Shown: piece after piece, positions 52,146 through 64,000 of the stretch
How the letters are laid out: each line of letters begins with the position of its first letter
How positions within the stretch are numbered: position 1 is the first letter of the stretch
Origin: Octopus sinensis
Lineage: Eukaryota
Assembly (NCBI RefSeq): GCF_006345805.1
Contig: NC_042999.1
Span: 41,974,001 to 42,038,000 of the forward strand
Direction of reading: 5' to 3'
DNA: 64,000 nucleotides
Program-made: the position numbers and the translations under genes
Notes under the pieces: generated by a model
The model's database searches: none
What the model saw: only the letters and a program-made list of their open reading frames with translations
Told to the model about the DNA's origin: nothing

Positions 52146-52672
52146 GGGTTGTTGATGTCATTTTTCTTGTGCTTGTTGCTCTTTTTCTCTTACATACATA
52201 AATTTATATTTATATAATATACTAAATCATGTGTACCGTTTCCTTTCGGCTCATTTAATAATATTTTAGTTAAATGCAACAGCGAAATTATGACGGTATG
52301 AACTCTCCGCTGGTCGGTTTCCAGTTCATTTTTCTCTCTATTAAGCTACATTGTTAAATCCAAGAAGCAGTTAAGTGTATAAGGCTTAAAGAAAGATTGT
52401 ATAAACAGTTCCTCACAAACACAATCAAGATTCGTAACCAGAGGGTAAATTTAAATAACTCAGTAAGTACCACGGTGTGTTTGTCATGTCAAATATATTA
52501 TTACACACATACACATACGCGCGCACGAACCACACACACACACACACATAGATGAGACATAGATGCATCTATATACATATGTGTGTGTATCAAACACCTA
52601 AGTAGATATATATATATATAAAATACATACACACACACACACACACAGACACACATATATATATATATGTGT

Positions 52673-52708
<36 letters not shown>

Positions 52709-54140
52709 GCATACATATATATATATGTGTATGAATATATACATGTATACATATACATTTACGTATATATATGCATGTATGTATAAAGATATATGAATGT
52801 ATATTTTTGAACACATACATATATGCATATCCATGTATATAAGTATATATACATGCACATTACACACACATTCACACAATATCTTATAAGTTTATGTGAA
52901 GCAGTAATTTCGCGAACGTAATACATACGTACATTGTTTAATCAAGGTCCTTTGAGTTTTTTTTTTTTTGTTTATTTAATTTTATAATAATTTTACTATA
53001 ATTCGTTTTATTCTGCTTGTTGTTTCTTGTTTTCTTTTAATGCTTTTAAATCTTACTATTTTGTCAATAACATGTTAATTAGAAAAGAAACGAGGCAAAC
53101 TAATCAAACACAGAACAAAATAGTTAGCGAAGTAGACCTATGCGGCACATGGAACACCTACATATATTAGAAAATCTTAATAAACTATAAAGAAGAGATT
53201 GAAACAAATAACAATTATATGACAGAATAATATAATGAAGAGAAGAGCTGCTTTAATATTTAAAGAAATATAATATCTTGAGGATTAATTCTGAAAGGAT
53301 TAAAGATAACGTTACTTTAATACATACATTCATTTTTATATTACGTTTATTTCAGTTTATTTATTTATTCATTTGCTGCTGTTTATATATATATATATAT
53401 ATATTTGGTTTTATGTTCTTGTTGGTTTTATTTTGGATAAAAGAATTGAAAATTCTAAAACTGAGCGAAAAGAGAAGTGGGTAGGAGAGGGCGGGGAATG
53501 AAATGTAAACATGAAGAAGAAAAAAAATTCAGAAATAAAGATATTGGAAATCCTAAATCATATTTTCTGAAATATGATGGCTTACAAATATTGTTCTTTC
53601 CGTTTTATGGATATCATAAAATAAATGCAAAAAAAAAAATGAATAAATAAATAGTAACAAGAAACGAGCAAGTTCAGAAAGTATGTTTAAAAATACCCAT
53701 TCTTTTGAGTACGTATATGTATAAATAAGTGCAATGGGCTGTCATGTTCTGTTGGAAGTTATTTTTATTGTTGTTGTCGTTGTGGTTGTTGTTTTCTTCT
53801 TCTTCTTCCAATAAGGACTCACGCCATTAGCCACAAAGAATAATCTCTAATTCGAGCCTACTCTAAGCTACTAAGAATGAGTGTGGCAACTTGAAGATCC
53901 ACCCACCACACGCGATAGACTGGCGGTTGCGCGGGCGCGAAAGCTACGTTGTTATCCTCATTCCGTAAGCGGTGGCTTTTAACGCGTGGAGACCTGAACC
54001 ATCCTGGGGTACAGAGGATTCGCAATCTAGACTAGGGTCTGAAAGTTTACTACACCATAGAGGGTTACACCATGGTTTCTCTGCTTTGTGGCAGAAGTAG
54101 GAAGAAAGAGTGAGAGAAAGTTGTGGTGAAAGAGTACAGC

Positions 54141-54474
54141 AACCCCCTTTATTATTACGTGTGGGATGCAGTTGAGGGAGAGACCAACAAAACTCTTTGT
54201 AACACCAAAGATAAGCTGAAGGCAAGGATTATGGCAGCATTCGCCAACTTAAACAAGGAGATCGTCCAGAAGAGTTGCAGGAGATTCCGAAGTCGTCTGG
54301 AGGCTGCGGTTGAAGCCAATGGCGATTTTATTCAATAAATTTACTAAAGTATTTCAAGATACCTTTGTGTAATTTGTGAAATTATATCTGTTAAAATGTA
54401 AAATTATATCTGTTGAGATGTCAGTGTTATTTTCATTTGCGTTATTTAGACGATAATATATTCACCACACCCTG
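54141..54474 (+). mobile_element. maT/DD37D-like transposon 3' end (transposase C terminus and TIR-like end)
   Basis: NPLYYYVWDAVEGETNK...CRRFRSRLEAAVEANGDFIQ* (NPLDY.VW motif); ends ttcaccacaccctg. Confidence 0.8.
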
Positions 54475-55197
54475 TTTATACAAATTTGAGGGAGTGTAGC
54501 AGGTGGAATCCAGGCTACATATGTTTCTTAGCAAGCCGATTTTCCGATGTAATAATTATTCAGCAACGGGTACTCAATTGCGCAACAGGCCGAAGATACC
54601 TTAATTATATGAAGGTTACACTGACGTTAAGGAATCCCCAAGTTAACTTGCCGAAGATCTAATTTTAAATTAGTAATGAAGTCGGAGGAACAGAGTAAAA
54701 TTTTTTTTAAATAAAGACAAAAAAATATGTTTGTAAACATAAGATAGTCAGTAAGAAAGAAAAGTGAAGGAAGAGGTCAAATATTTGGGAATGGGGAATT
54801 GTCTAATGTTGGTAAGAAAAAAGAAAATGAGAGAAGGAAGGAGGATTTAGTGTAGTGACTTTAGGGGAAGGGTCTTTGTGAATATTGAGCTGGAGCCACG
54901 TTACTGTATCTGGAGTAAATATGTACATTGGTGAAACCATGCGTAAACATTTATAGAGAAAAATAGAAGAGATGATATGGTCAAGAATAACAAAAACAAA
55001 AGAAGAGTAGGGGAAGAAAAGGAGGTAGATAGGATTTAAAGATAGGAATTTGCATTCTTTAAGGGGGAGAGTTAGTTTGGTTGCTTACTACTTCATAGTG
55101 AATATACATACCATTTTCTTTCACCTTCTGTGTTAACACTCTTCTTTCTCCTGTCATTTATGTTAGTACTCCATTTTCTAAATTACTAAGAAATTAT

Positions 55198-55248
<51 letters not shown>

Positions 55249-55249
55249 G

Positions 55250-55800
55250 TGCATACTCATGAGATTTTAAAGCCAAGGTTCCTGAACAGCACTGAGTATA
55301 GGGACACATAGTTTCGAAAACTTATAAGTATCTTTTTAATTCCTTTTTCTGTAATATTTATATTCTCATTTCTTGACTTATTTCTCTTTTCACTTTTTAA
55401 ATCCTGTAACCAATCTCTTCCAGTATGTTGCATCTCCTTGCTCCAAACATCTGACCAAAAACTCTTTATTACTTCAGTATTTAGTACGTCATTCCTTTGA
55501 TGATAATTCTTATTGTTCATCTGTTAGTAAAGTCCCTTTGAATTGCTTCAGGTTCACTGATACTAATTCATTCATTCTTTTGATTCTGATACTAATTTAT
55601 TCATATCTAGCATATTTACTCGACTGTACCTTAATTATCTTCTCTTATCTCGTCATTAGCTACCCGTAATCCTCTATGTGTGATGTTATACTTCCTTCGG
55701 AGCTTATGATTATGTTTTTCTTCATCTGTTTTTTTTTATTCACAGCCAGTTTACTTCCAAGATCATAACTGAGCAACTCGCTCGATTCTCTTGACTCCTT
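55250..55800 (-). mobile_element. Old decayed R4/Dong remnant (region N-terminal to the RT)
   Basis: KLRRKYNI... and KSFWSDVWSKEMQH..DWLQDLK parallel QNFWKRIWSDKKTYN..DW of the full-length copy. Confidence 0.65.
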
Positions 55801-56339
55801 TCAATCAACTCCAAGAATCTCTACAGCTACAGAGTCTACAAACTACATGAGGTCATTTACATCTGTTGCATTCTCACTCTTGAGTTATGCAAATACTTTA
55901 TTCAGAATCTTTACAGCATTTCATGGTTTTTCACTTTTGGTTCCTCTGAAGACTATTTTTTTTCTCTCGTTTAAAAGTCAAAGTTAGTTACAGCCTTCTT
56001 TTATAACATCTTATCTATCCATAAAATGAAACGTATTTTCTACTTCGCTACAACTTCTCTTCCTGTTGATAATTCACTGATATTTCTGGTATTTTCTTTT
56101 TCAATTCTTCCTCCTATTCAGCGAACGTCTTCATCATTCACTTTCCCGGCGAATCCTTCCACCCCCCAACTAGGATAGTCGTTGTTCTCTCACGAGTCGA
56201 TATTTTCCGTTCTTTGACAAGAAATGTGCTTCTCTCTATTCGTATTCTATGCTAACTTTACTAATTTTACATTAATAACATTATTTGGAAATTCTCCTAA
56301 TCACTGAAGCAGGAGTTGAATAATCATCAGGACCATCCT

Positions 56340-56760
56340 ATTTCTTTATTGCCCACAAGGGGCTAAACATAGAGGGGACAAACAAGGACAGACAAACGGA
56401 TTGAGTCGATTACATCGACCCCAGTGCGTAAGTGGTACTTAATTTATCGACCCTGAAAGGATGAAAGGCAAAGTCGACCTCGGCGGAATTTGAACTCAGA
56501 ACGTAACGGCAGACGAAATACCTATTTCTATTTCTTTACTACCCACAAGGGGCTAAACACAAAGAGGACAAACAAGGAGATACAAACGGATTAAGTCGAT
56601 TACATCGACCCCAGTGTGTAACTGGTACTTATTTAATCGACCCCGAAAAGATGAAAGGCAAAGTCGACCTCGACGAAATTTGAACTCAGAACGTAGCGGC
56701 AGACGAAATACGGCTAAGCATTTCGCCCGGCGTGCTAACGTTTCTGCCAGCTCCCCGCCT
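56340..56760 (-). mobile_element. SINE family A dimer flanked by one 10-bp TSD
   Basis: TSD ggaccatcct at 56330-56339 and 56761-56770. Confidence 0.94.
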
Positions 56761-57375
56761 GGACCATCCTGCTGAATAGTGAGATACTTGATTTACAAAA
56801 TACCTTCACCAAAAAGATCTAGTCTTATTAACTCAGCTTGTTTTGGGTATAAAATTTAATACAACATTTATAAAGAATACACTGGCGTTAAGGAGACATC
56901 GTATTTAAAGGAGTACCAATCTAAAGACCCTCCTCCGCTAGTGGCAAATCCATTCCTACTAGGGGCCAATCCGGTACAGTGTTGTCTTGAGATTATTATT
57001 ATTATTGAAAGACGAGTGAAAGTTACAAAAATGGTAACTGCGGGTGGGTCCGCTCTAAGTATAGAACCGTGAATCGGATGGCAGGAAATAGAGAGCACAC
57101 GTATACCGTTTAAGAAGATCTTAATTGGTGGTTACTTCGATCATCCATAGCTATCCTTCTCTGTAAGGTGGATCACTACACAATCATCTTTTTTCTTGCT
57201 TTCATTTTACAGTAGTATATTATATATACACTACTTCTTTGTTTTATCGTATATCTTAAATACTTTTTCTTTTTTATTATTTCATTATATGCCAACACCC
57301 ACACTTTATATTTGTTGTTCTATTGTCCCCCTTAACCGTCGCTCTGATGGCAAATAACAAAAATCATCATCATCA

Positions 57376-57440
<65 letters not shown>

Positions 57441-58561
57441 GTTATTATTATTATTATTATCATTATTATTATTATCATTATTATTATCGACACACATCTG
57501 TATACATTTTACATACATTTTACATGAATGTATACACACACACACATTTAAAAAAGGCAAACGTAGGTTAATATATATTTCCAGAAGTTAGTGACTATAA
57601 TCACACTGATGAATGTATGTCTACGTACATACGTATGTATGTATGTATGTATGTATGTATGAATGTATGTATGTATGTATGTATGTATTATGTATGTATG
57701 TATGTATGTATGTATGTATGCCTGTATGAATGTGTGCATGTGTGTATGCATGCTATGTGTGCATCTGAGGGAATGTATGTTTATAAATATATACATATAT
57801 ATATATATACACATCCAAAACAATATACGTATTTGTATACAGATATATATTAATATATGTATACATATACATACGTGTATATATATATATGTGTGTGTAT
57901 ATATAAATATCTATATCTATACATATATATATATATATTTATATATAAATATATATGTACATATATGCATGCATATATATATATATATGTGTGTGTATGT
58001 ATATATATATATATTATATATATATATATGTATATGTATATGTATGCAGGTATATGAATCCATACAAATTTATAAGGTAGCATTTAATATAATTATAAGT
58101 TCTGCTATCTCTTTACCTTGACTATTCCATTGAATTATGCAGTTCGGACCTGACGTTTAGGATAAACTTAGTTGGGGATTATTACATGACGACCCGCTGC
58201 ACGCAATCTTGGTTGATTTACAAATGACAACTGCATATATCTGTCTACTTATCTTTCAACTAAGCTTTCTGTGTCTCTGTTGTATCTAGAAAGTGAAGTA
58301 TCCAACCACATGAGGCAAGATCTATGTGAATGTAACTATATTTACTCCAGTTTATCTGTCTGTCTCTTAACTTTTCTATCTCTGTTTCTTTAACTCTTGA
58401 TTTTTACCTGTTTATATTACCTGACTCATTACACCTTTCACCTACTCACGCTCAGATTTTCTCTTCTTTCCAGTCGCTCTCTTTTTCTCTCTGTTTGTGT
58501 ATACACACACACACATATACACACACACACATACACACACACACCACACACACAGAGACAC

Positions 58562-58606
<45 letters not shown>

Positions 58607-58651
58607 AAGATACATAGATAGATAGATAGATAGATATATAGATAGATAGAC

Positions 58652-58763
<112 letters not shown>

Positions 58764-58855
58764 GGATAGATGTATGAACGTATATATACATACTTATGTA
58801 CACATATATGTATATCTATCTATCTATATATATATATAATATATATATATATACC

Positions 58856-59077
58856 GGAGTAAACACATAAATGTGAAACAAGGTGGAAAGAAGAGTACTC
58901 AAATACCAGTGGTAGAGTAATATGCTTTATTTAAAGCAGCAGAAAATTCAACAAAATCTGTTACTCTGAGTTTCTGGTTGCCGTTCATCAGACAGTTTTT
59001 GCAAAAACTGTCTGATGAACGGCAAAGAGAAACTCAGAGTAACAGATTTTGTTGAATTTTCTGCTGCTTTAAATAAA

Positions 59078-59078
<1 letters not shown>
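58856..59078. mobile_element. (TA)n-flanked fold-back element (copy 1), hammerhead motifs on both strands (58958-58995 minus; 59008-59045 plus)
   Basis: 77-bp arms 58925-59001/59002-59078 with 2 mismatches and no loop; CUGU-CUGAUGA-ACG(GCAA)AGA or CCA-GAA-ACUC(A)GAGU-A-ACAG; stem II broken. Confidence 0.75.
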
Positions 59079-59124
<46 letters not shown>

Positions 59125-59742
59125 ATGTATATGTATATGTATGCAGGTATATGATCCATACAAATTTATAAGGTAGCATTTAATATAATTATAAGTTCTG
59201 CTATCTCTTTACCTTGACTATTCCATTGAATTATGCAGTTCGGACCTGACGTTTAGGATAAACTTAGTTGGGGATTATTACATGACGACCCGCTGCACGC
59301 AATCTTGGTTGATTTACAAATGACAACTGCATATATCTGTCTACTTATCTTTCAACTAAGCTTTCTGTGTCTCTGTTGTATCTAGAAAGTGAAGTATCCA
59401 ACCACATGAGGCAAGATCTATGTGAATGTAACTATATTTACTCCAGTTTATCTGTCTGTCTCTTAACTTTTCTATCTCTGTTTCTTTAACTCTTGATTTT
59501 TACCTGTTTATATTACCTGACTCATTACACCTTTCACCTACTCACGCTCAGATTTTCTCTTCTTTCCAGTCGCTCTCTTTTTCTCTCTGTTTGTGTATAC
59601 ACACACACACATATACACACACACACATACACACACACACACACACACACAGAGACACATAGATAGATAGATAGATATAGATAGATAGATAGATAGAAAG
59701 ATACATAGATAGATAGATAGATAGATATATAGATAGATAGAC

Positions 59743-59880
<138 letters not shown>

Positions 59881-59959
59881 AGATAGATAGATAGATAGAT
59901 GGATAGATGTATGAACGTATATATACATACTTATGTACACATATATGTATATCTATCTA

Positions 59960-59989
<30 letters not shown>

Positions 59990-59990
<1 letters not shown>

Positions 59991-60213
59991 CGGAGTAAAC
60001 ACATAAATGTGAAACAAGGTGGAAAGAAGAGTACTCAAATACCAGTGGTAGAGTAATATGCTTTATTTAAAGCAGCAGAAAATTCAACAAAATCTGTTAC
60101 TCTGAGTTTCTGGTTGCCGTTCATCAGACAGTTTTTGCAAAAACTGTCTGATGAACGGCAAAGAGAAACTCAGAGTAACAGATTTTGTTGAATTTTCTGC
60201 TGCTTTAAATAAA

Positions 60214-60214
<1 letters not shown>
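59990..60214. mobile_element. Fold-back element copy 2 (hammerhead motifs 60094-60131 minus; 60144-60181 plus)
   Basis: Matches copy 1, including the two arm mismatches. Confidence 0.75.
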
Positions 60215-60261
<47 letters not shown>

Positions 60262-60266
60262 TATAT

Positions 60267-60860
60267 TGTGAGAATTTACAAAAACAAAAGATGAAGATAG
60301 GTGTATAAACAACAAACAGATGTATTAGTTTAACGCTCGGGAAGTATGAAAGTCTCTTACGTTTCGAGCCTACGCTCTTCGACAGAAAGGAGCGCAGAAA
60401 TAAACAGGGAGAGAAAATGACAACGGTATAGTGGCTAGCGATTTATCAAGGCAAATGCCGCACAGAAGGGTCACACAGGTGAGCTAGGAAGAAGGGGAGA
60501 TAATAAAGTAGTGGTGATCCCAAAGCGAAGGTGCGCGTACGTGTGTATGTGGAAGCGTGTACGTGCGTGTGAATGGGGGGCTGGTGACCATGAGGTGTGC
60601 GTGTGTGAATGTGTAGGTGTGTGCTTGGAAGTGGACAGTGCTAGTATGTGCGGGGTGGTGCTATGTGGTCTGGTATAGTGGTGTGTAGTGTGGTGGTGTG
60701 TGATGTGGTGTGTGTTGTGGTGTGGTAGTGCTGGAGAGTTGTGGAAGCGAGAGTGGAGGAAGCTAGGGTGGAGTGTAAGGGATGGGGTGGGGTAGGATTG
60801 GATGTATAGGAATGGTGGGGTTGAAATGGTGTAGGGGTGGGGTAACGAAGGAGGGCTGGC
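60267..60860 (-). mobile_element. Penelope-like remnant ending at (TA)n, hammerhead motif at 60354-60389 (A6U variant)
   Basis: CUUU-CUGUCGA-A-GAGC(GUAG)GCUC-GAA-ACGU-A-AGAG; stems I, II and palindromic III all pair. Confidence 0.65.
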
Positions 60861-60862
60861 AT

Positions 60863-60899
<37 letters not shown>

Positions 60900-60995
60900 C
60901 ATACACAGATACACACACACATATGTACATAAGCATGTGTATATATATACACGTACACACAAAAACAAACATGGATCCATAGATAAAAAATGTTT

Positions 60996-61435
60996 CTGTG
61001 AGGTAAGAAACTTGCTTCCCAACCATATGTTTACTGGTTCAGCCCCACGGCATAGTACATTGTGCAAGTGTCTTCTAACATAGCCTTGGACCAACTAAAG
61101 TCTTGTAAATGGATTTCGCAGATGGAAACTAAAAGAATCCTGTCGCATACATGTATACATGTGAGAATGTATATGCGTGTATGTATGTGTGTGTATGTGT
61201 GTGTGTGCGTGTGTGTGTGTGTGCGTCTTTTTGTCTGTATTTGTCCCGAGCACCACCATTTGTGACATATGAAGTGGTTCCTTTCCTGTAACTAGCGCTT
61301 CTGCAAAAGTCACCCATAAAATAAGTACCAGATTTTGAAAAGAAATTATATACTGGCGTCGATACACTCGACTAAAGATTCCTGAAGTCTGTGCGCCAGC
61401 AACGAACTAATGATCGAAAACAGGAAGCGATAAAA
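60996..61435 (+). mobile_element. SINE family B-like, old and degenerate
   Basis: gtgaggtaag...ggttcagcccc...gcaagtgtcttct...atggaaactaaaagaa plus internal (TG)n. Confidence 0.7.
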
Positions 61436-61439
61436 TATA

Positions 61440-61657
61440 TTCTTTTCTACTCTAGGTACAAGGCTCAAAATTTTTGGGGAGAGGGGGGCAGTCGATTAGA
61501 TCGACCCCAGTAAGCAACTGATACTTAATTTGTCGACCTCGAAAAGATAAATATACAAAGACGACCTCGGTGGAATTTGAACTCACAATGTAAAGACAGA
61601 CAAACTACTGAGAAGCATTTCGCTCGGCGTGCTAACGTTTCTCCCAGCTCAACTCCT
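61440..61657 (-). mobile_element. SINE family A (type-2 tail)
   Basis: gtcgattagatcgaccccag...gaatttgaactcac...ggcgtgctaacgtttc. Confidence 0.88.
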
Positions 61658-62194
61658 TATAAAAGAAATAGATGTTATATGCATGTATGTGCGCGAGGCG
61701 TTGTTTTTTTTTATTTGATTGGATTTGATTTGATCTAGTTTCAGCTCATGAGCTGTAGCCATGCTGGGGCACCACCGTTTGGTGTTGCTACATACTTTTA
61801 CTTCACTGATTCTTTTTAGAAATTTATATTTGGTGCATGTAGGTGTGTGCACTTTTGTGAGGCAGTGTCTTCTAAAATACAAAGCAAAGGCTCATTGTTG
61901 AAATATATGCATGTGCATGAGTGTGCATGTATAAATATACGTACCTATCTATCTACCCCCTTTTTCTCCCTCGTTGTTTCTCTCTCTCTCTTTCTTTTTC
62001 TCTCTCTTTCTTTTTCTCTCTCTTTCTCTCTCTCTCTCTCTTTCTCTTTCTTTCTCCTTATATACACACACACACATATAAATATAATAGATAGATGGAG
62101 GGATGGAAACATACATATACGTACATATACATATATGTGTGTGTATGCATATATATATATATATATATATACATATTTATATATATATATATAT

Positions 62195-62239
<45 letters not shown>

Positions 62240-62899
62240 TATATACATGTATACAGGCATACATATATATATATATATATATATGAATATATACATATGA
62301 ATGTATGTAGTCCGTACGTGCATATATACGTTCATTTGTCTGTCTTCCTCTCTCTCTCTCTCTCTCTTTCACATTCTGTGTTTTTCTTTCTCTTTATTAT
62401 ATATCAATCAGTCTTTGGATTTTTGCTTCGTATTTTGCTCTATACCTCTAGATATTGTGCTTTGTTAGTTTTCCAAGTTTTTTTTCCCCATCTGTCTCTC
62501 TATAGCCTATTGCCCATATATATATATCTCCAAAAAACATTGTTGCAAATGTGAGTAAAATAAACTAGAATAATGAATCTAATAGCCAACTAAAAGACAG
62601 CTGTAAGAGCGGTGTAGCCTGAAAACCTGTCTCCTTATTTTTCCGTACATTTTCTTTTTCTTTTCAGTCATCTTCCTCGTATTCTTAAATCAATTTCTTC
62701 TTCTTCTTCATCATCATCATCATCATCATCATGTAATTATTATTATTTTTTGTGTTATTGCTGTCATTGTTGCTGTTGTTTCACAAAGGTTTGTTAAATG
62801 ATGGTAAATATATAACTGAAAACATGGCGTCTTGTAGTTGTTAAATAAGTCCGACTGCGTTGTGCGCTCAAATATCCCACCTGAATGTCAGCTTTAAAC

Positions 62900-63130
62900 C
62901 TCATGAGTGTTCCAGTGGCGAGTTAGAGTTTTGAGCACATGATAGTAAAAATCAGGGATTCAATTCTCGTAGCAATTGGTGTGCTGTTTTCCTTGATAAG
63001 GGCATTTATACCAGTCCCCTCAACTAAAAGGAAGTATCAACGGCAAGTGATGGCTGACTCTGTCAAGCCGTTTCCCCGCCATAGTGGCAATAGTTTAAAT
63101 AGCATCTCTGCCGGATTCCCTCTAAAGCTA
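62900..63130 (+). mobile_element. Degenerate tRNA/CORE-like SINE
   Basis: gtggcgagttag...agggattcaattctc...ccttgataagggcatttat. Confidence 0.45.
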
Positions 63131-63404
63131 TAATAAACAACACAATTAAAAAACCGAGAGAAAATACTAAAACTAGACAACTGATCATGTTGCAGTACTG
63201 TATTCTAGTGAGTTTATGACTCATTTTTTATAATATGTCCCATAGCTATTTCTAATCGAAATAAGAACGATTTGCAATGAAATGAGCGTGTGGTGAATAC
63301 AGCAGTACGTCTTGTAAAGGAGCAAGGCCTAGACTCTTTGCAGTTAAGGAAATTATTGATAATATTCATTCTCCGAACGAAGAGTTTACACTTATGCATG
63401 CAAT

Positions 63405-63658
63405 CAGTGATTCTCAAGTATTGCCTGTGGACCCCTTTCATTTCCATTTTAATTTCATGGGCCCTCATACCTATTTGATGTTTAAAAGAATACTATTATA
63501 TTTCTATTATTAAATATTATTAGGAATTGTATAAAAAAAAAAGTGTTACAATATTTTGTGCATTGTAGAAGTAGAAGTAATTTATTACAGGTAAGTTTTA
63601 ACGTGAACATCTTATATGGAACACCAAAGTTCATATGGACCCCGATTGAGAATTACTG
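63405..63658. mobile_element. hAT-like MITE (~254 bp)
   Basis: TIRs cagtgattctcaa / ttgagaattactg (CAGTGxTTCTCAA type); no clear 8-bp TSD. Confidence 0.5.
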
Positions 63659-63744
63659 CTAGCGCTATAGTGATTCAAACAATCAAACTGTTGAAAGTGA
63701 TGAGGAAAAATAGCGATTCCGGTGAACAAATACAGTAATTATTT

Positions 63745-63816
63745 TCCATTCTACGCACATGGCACGAAATTTTGGGGGAGGGGGCTAGTCGATTAGATCA
63801 ACCCCAGTACGCAACC
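63745..63816 (-). mobile_element. SINE family A 3' fragment (type-2 tail)
   Basis: ccattctacgcacatggcacgaaattttggggg...gtcgattagatcaaccccagtacgcaac. Confidence 0.75.
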
Positions 63817-63828
63817 TGAATAATAATA

Positions 63829-63882
<54 letters not shown>

Positions 63883-63884
63883 CA

Positions 63885-64000
63885 ACACCATCGAAAAATA
63901 CTTTAGGGATGAGAACCCAGTTTCAAAATGTCCCCAATATACTTGATGAAGGCTGGAGGGTATATCAACTGAAACGGTGTGTTAACAACAAACAAGACGA
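63885..64000 (+). mobile_element. Element after a (TAA)n tract with a decayed hammerhead motif (63940-63981); runs off the window
   Basis: UAC-UUGAUGA-A-GGCUG(GAGGGUAUAU)CAACU-GAA-ACGG-U-GUG. Confidence 0.45.

Noticed and set aside
52347-52461. AG...GTAAGT-bounded candidate exon
   Set aside because: Stops in all three frames and no other support.
60778-60845. G-rich tract with G-quadruplex potential
   Set aside because: Part of a low-complexity GT-rich repeat body; nothing indicates function.

Overview
64 kb of AT-rich, microsatellite-saturated animal genomic DNA. The repeat repertoire suggests an octopod cephalopod (inference from recalled repeat families, not a database hit). No intact host protein-coding gene is recognisable: most track ORFs are microsatellite translations, and all convincing coding sequence belongs to transposons. 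Contents: (1) an apparently full-length ~6.06 kb L1/Tx1-clade LINE (35603-41666, minus; CCHC-knuckle ORF1, APE-RT ORF2) with a 9-bp TSD at the edge of a (GATA)n tract; (2) an apparently full-length ~4.0 kb R4/Dong-clade RT-RLE LINE (46019-49998, minus) stacked with a truncated second family member and a non-coding element in one (TAA)n array, plus an older Dong remnant; (3) over 30 tRNA-derived SINE copies of several families, some TSD-flanked dimers; (4) a 5S-rRNA-headed SINE3 candidate; (5) mariner, maT-like and hAT-MITE remnants. The most interesting signal is a set of short non-coding (TA)n-anchored elements, several of them fold-back palindromes, from at least five sequence families. They carry minimal type I hammerhead-ribozyme folds whose cores covary at the 3:8 tertiary pair (C:G, G:C, U:A) or carry A6U, in line with Penelope-like pseudo-LTR derivatives. 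One fold-back with hammerheads on both strands is duplicated in a 1.1-kb tandem unit. All folds were made by hand, most copies are partly decayed, and catalytic activity is untested.
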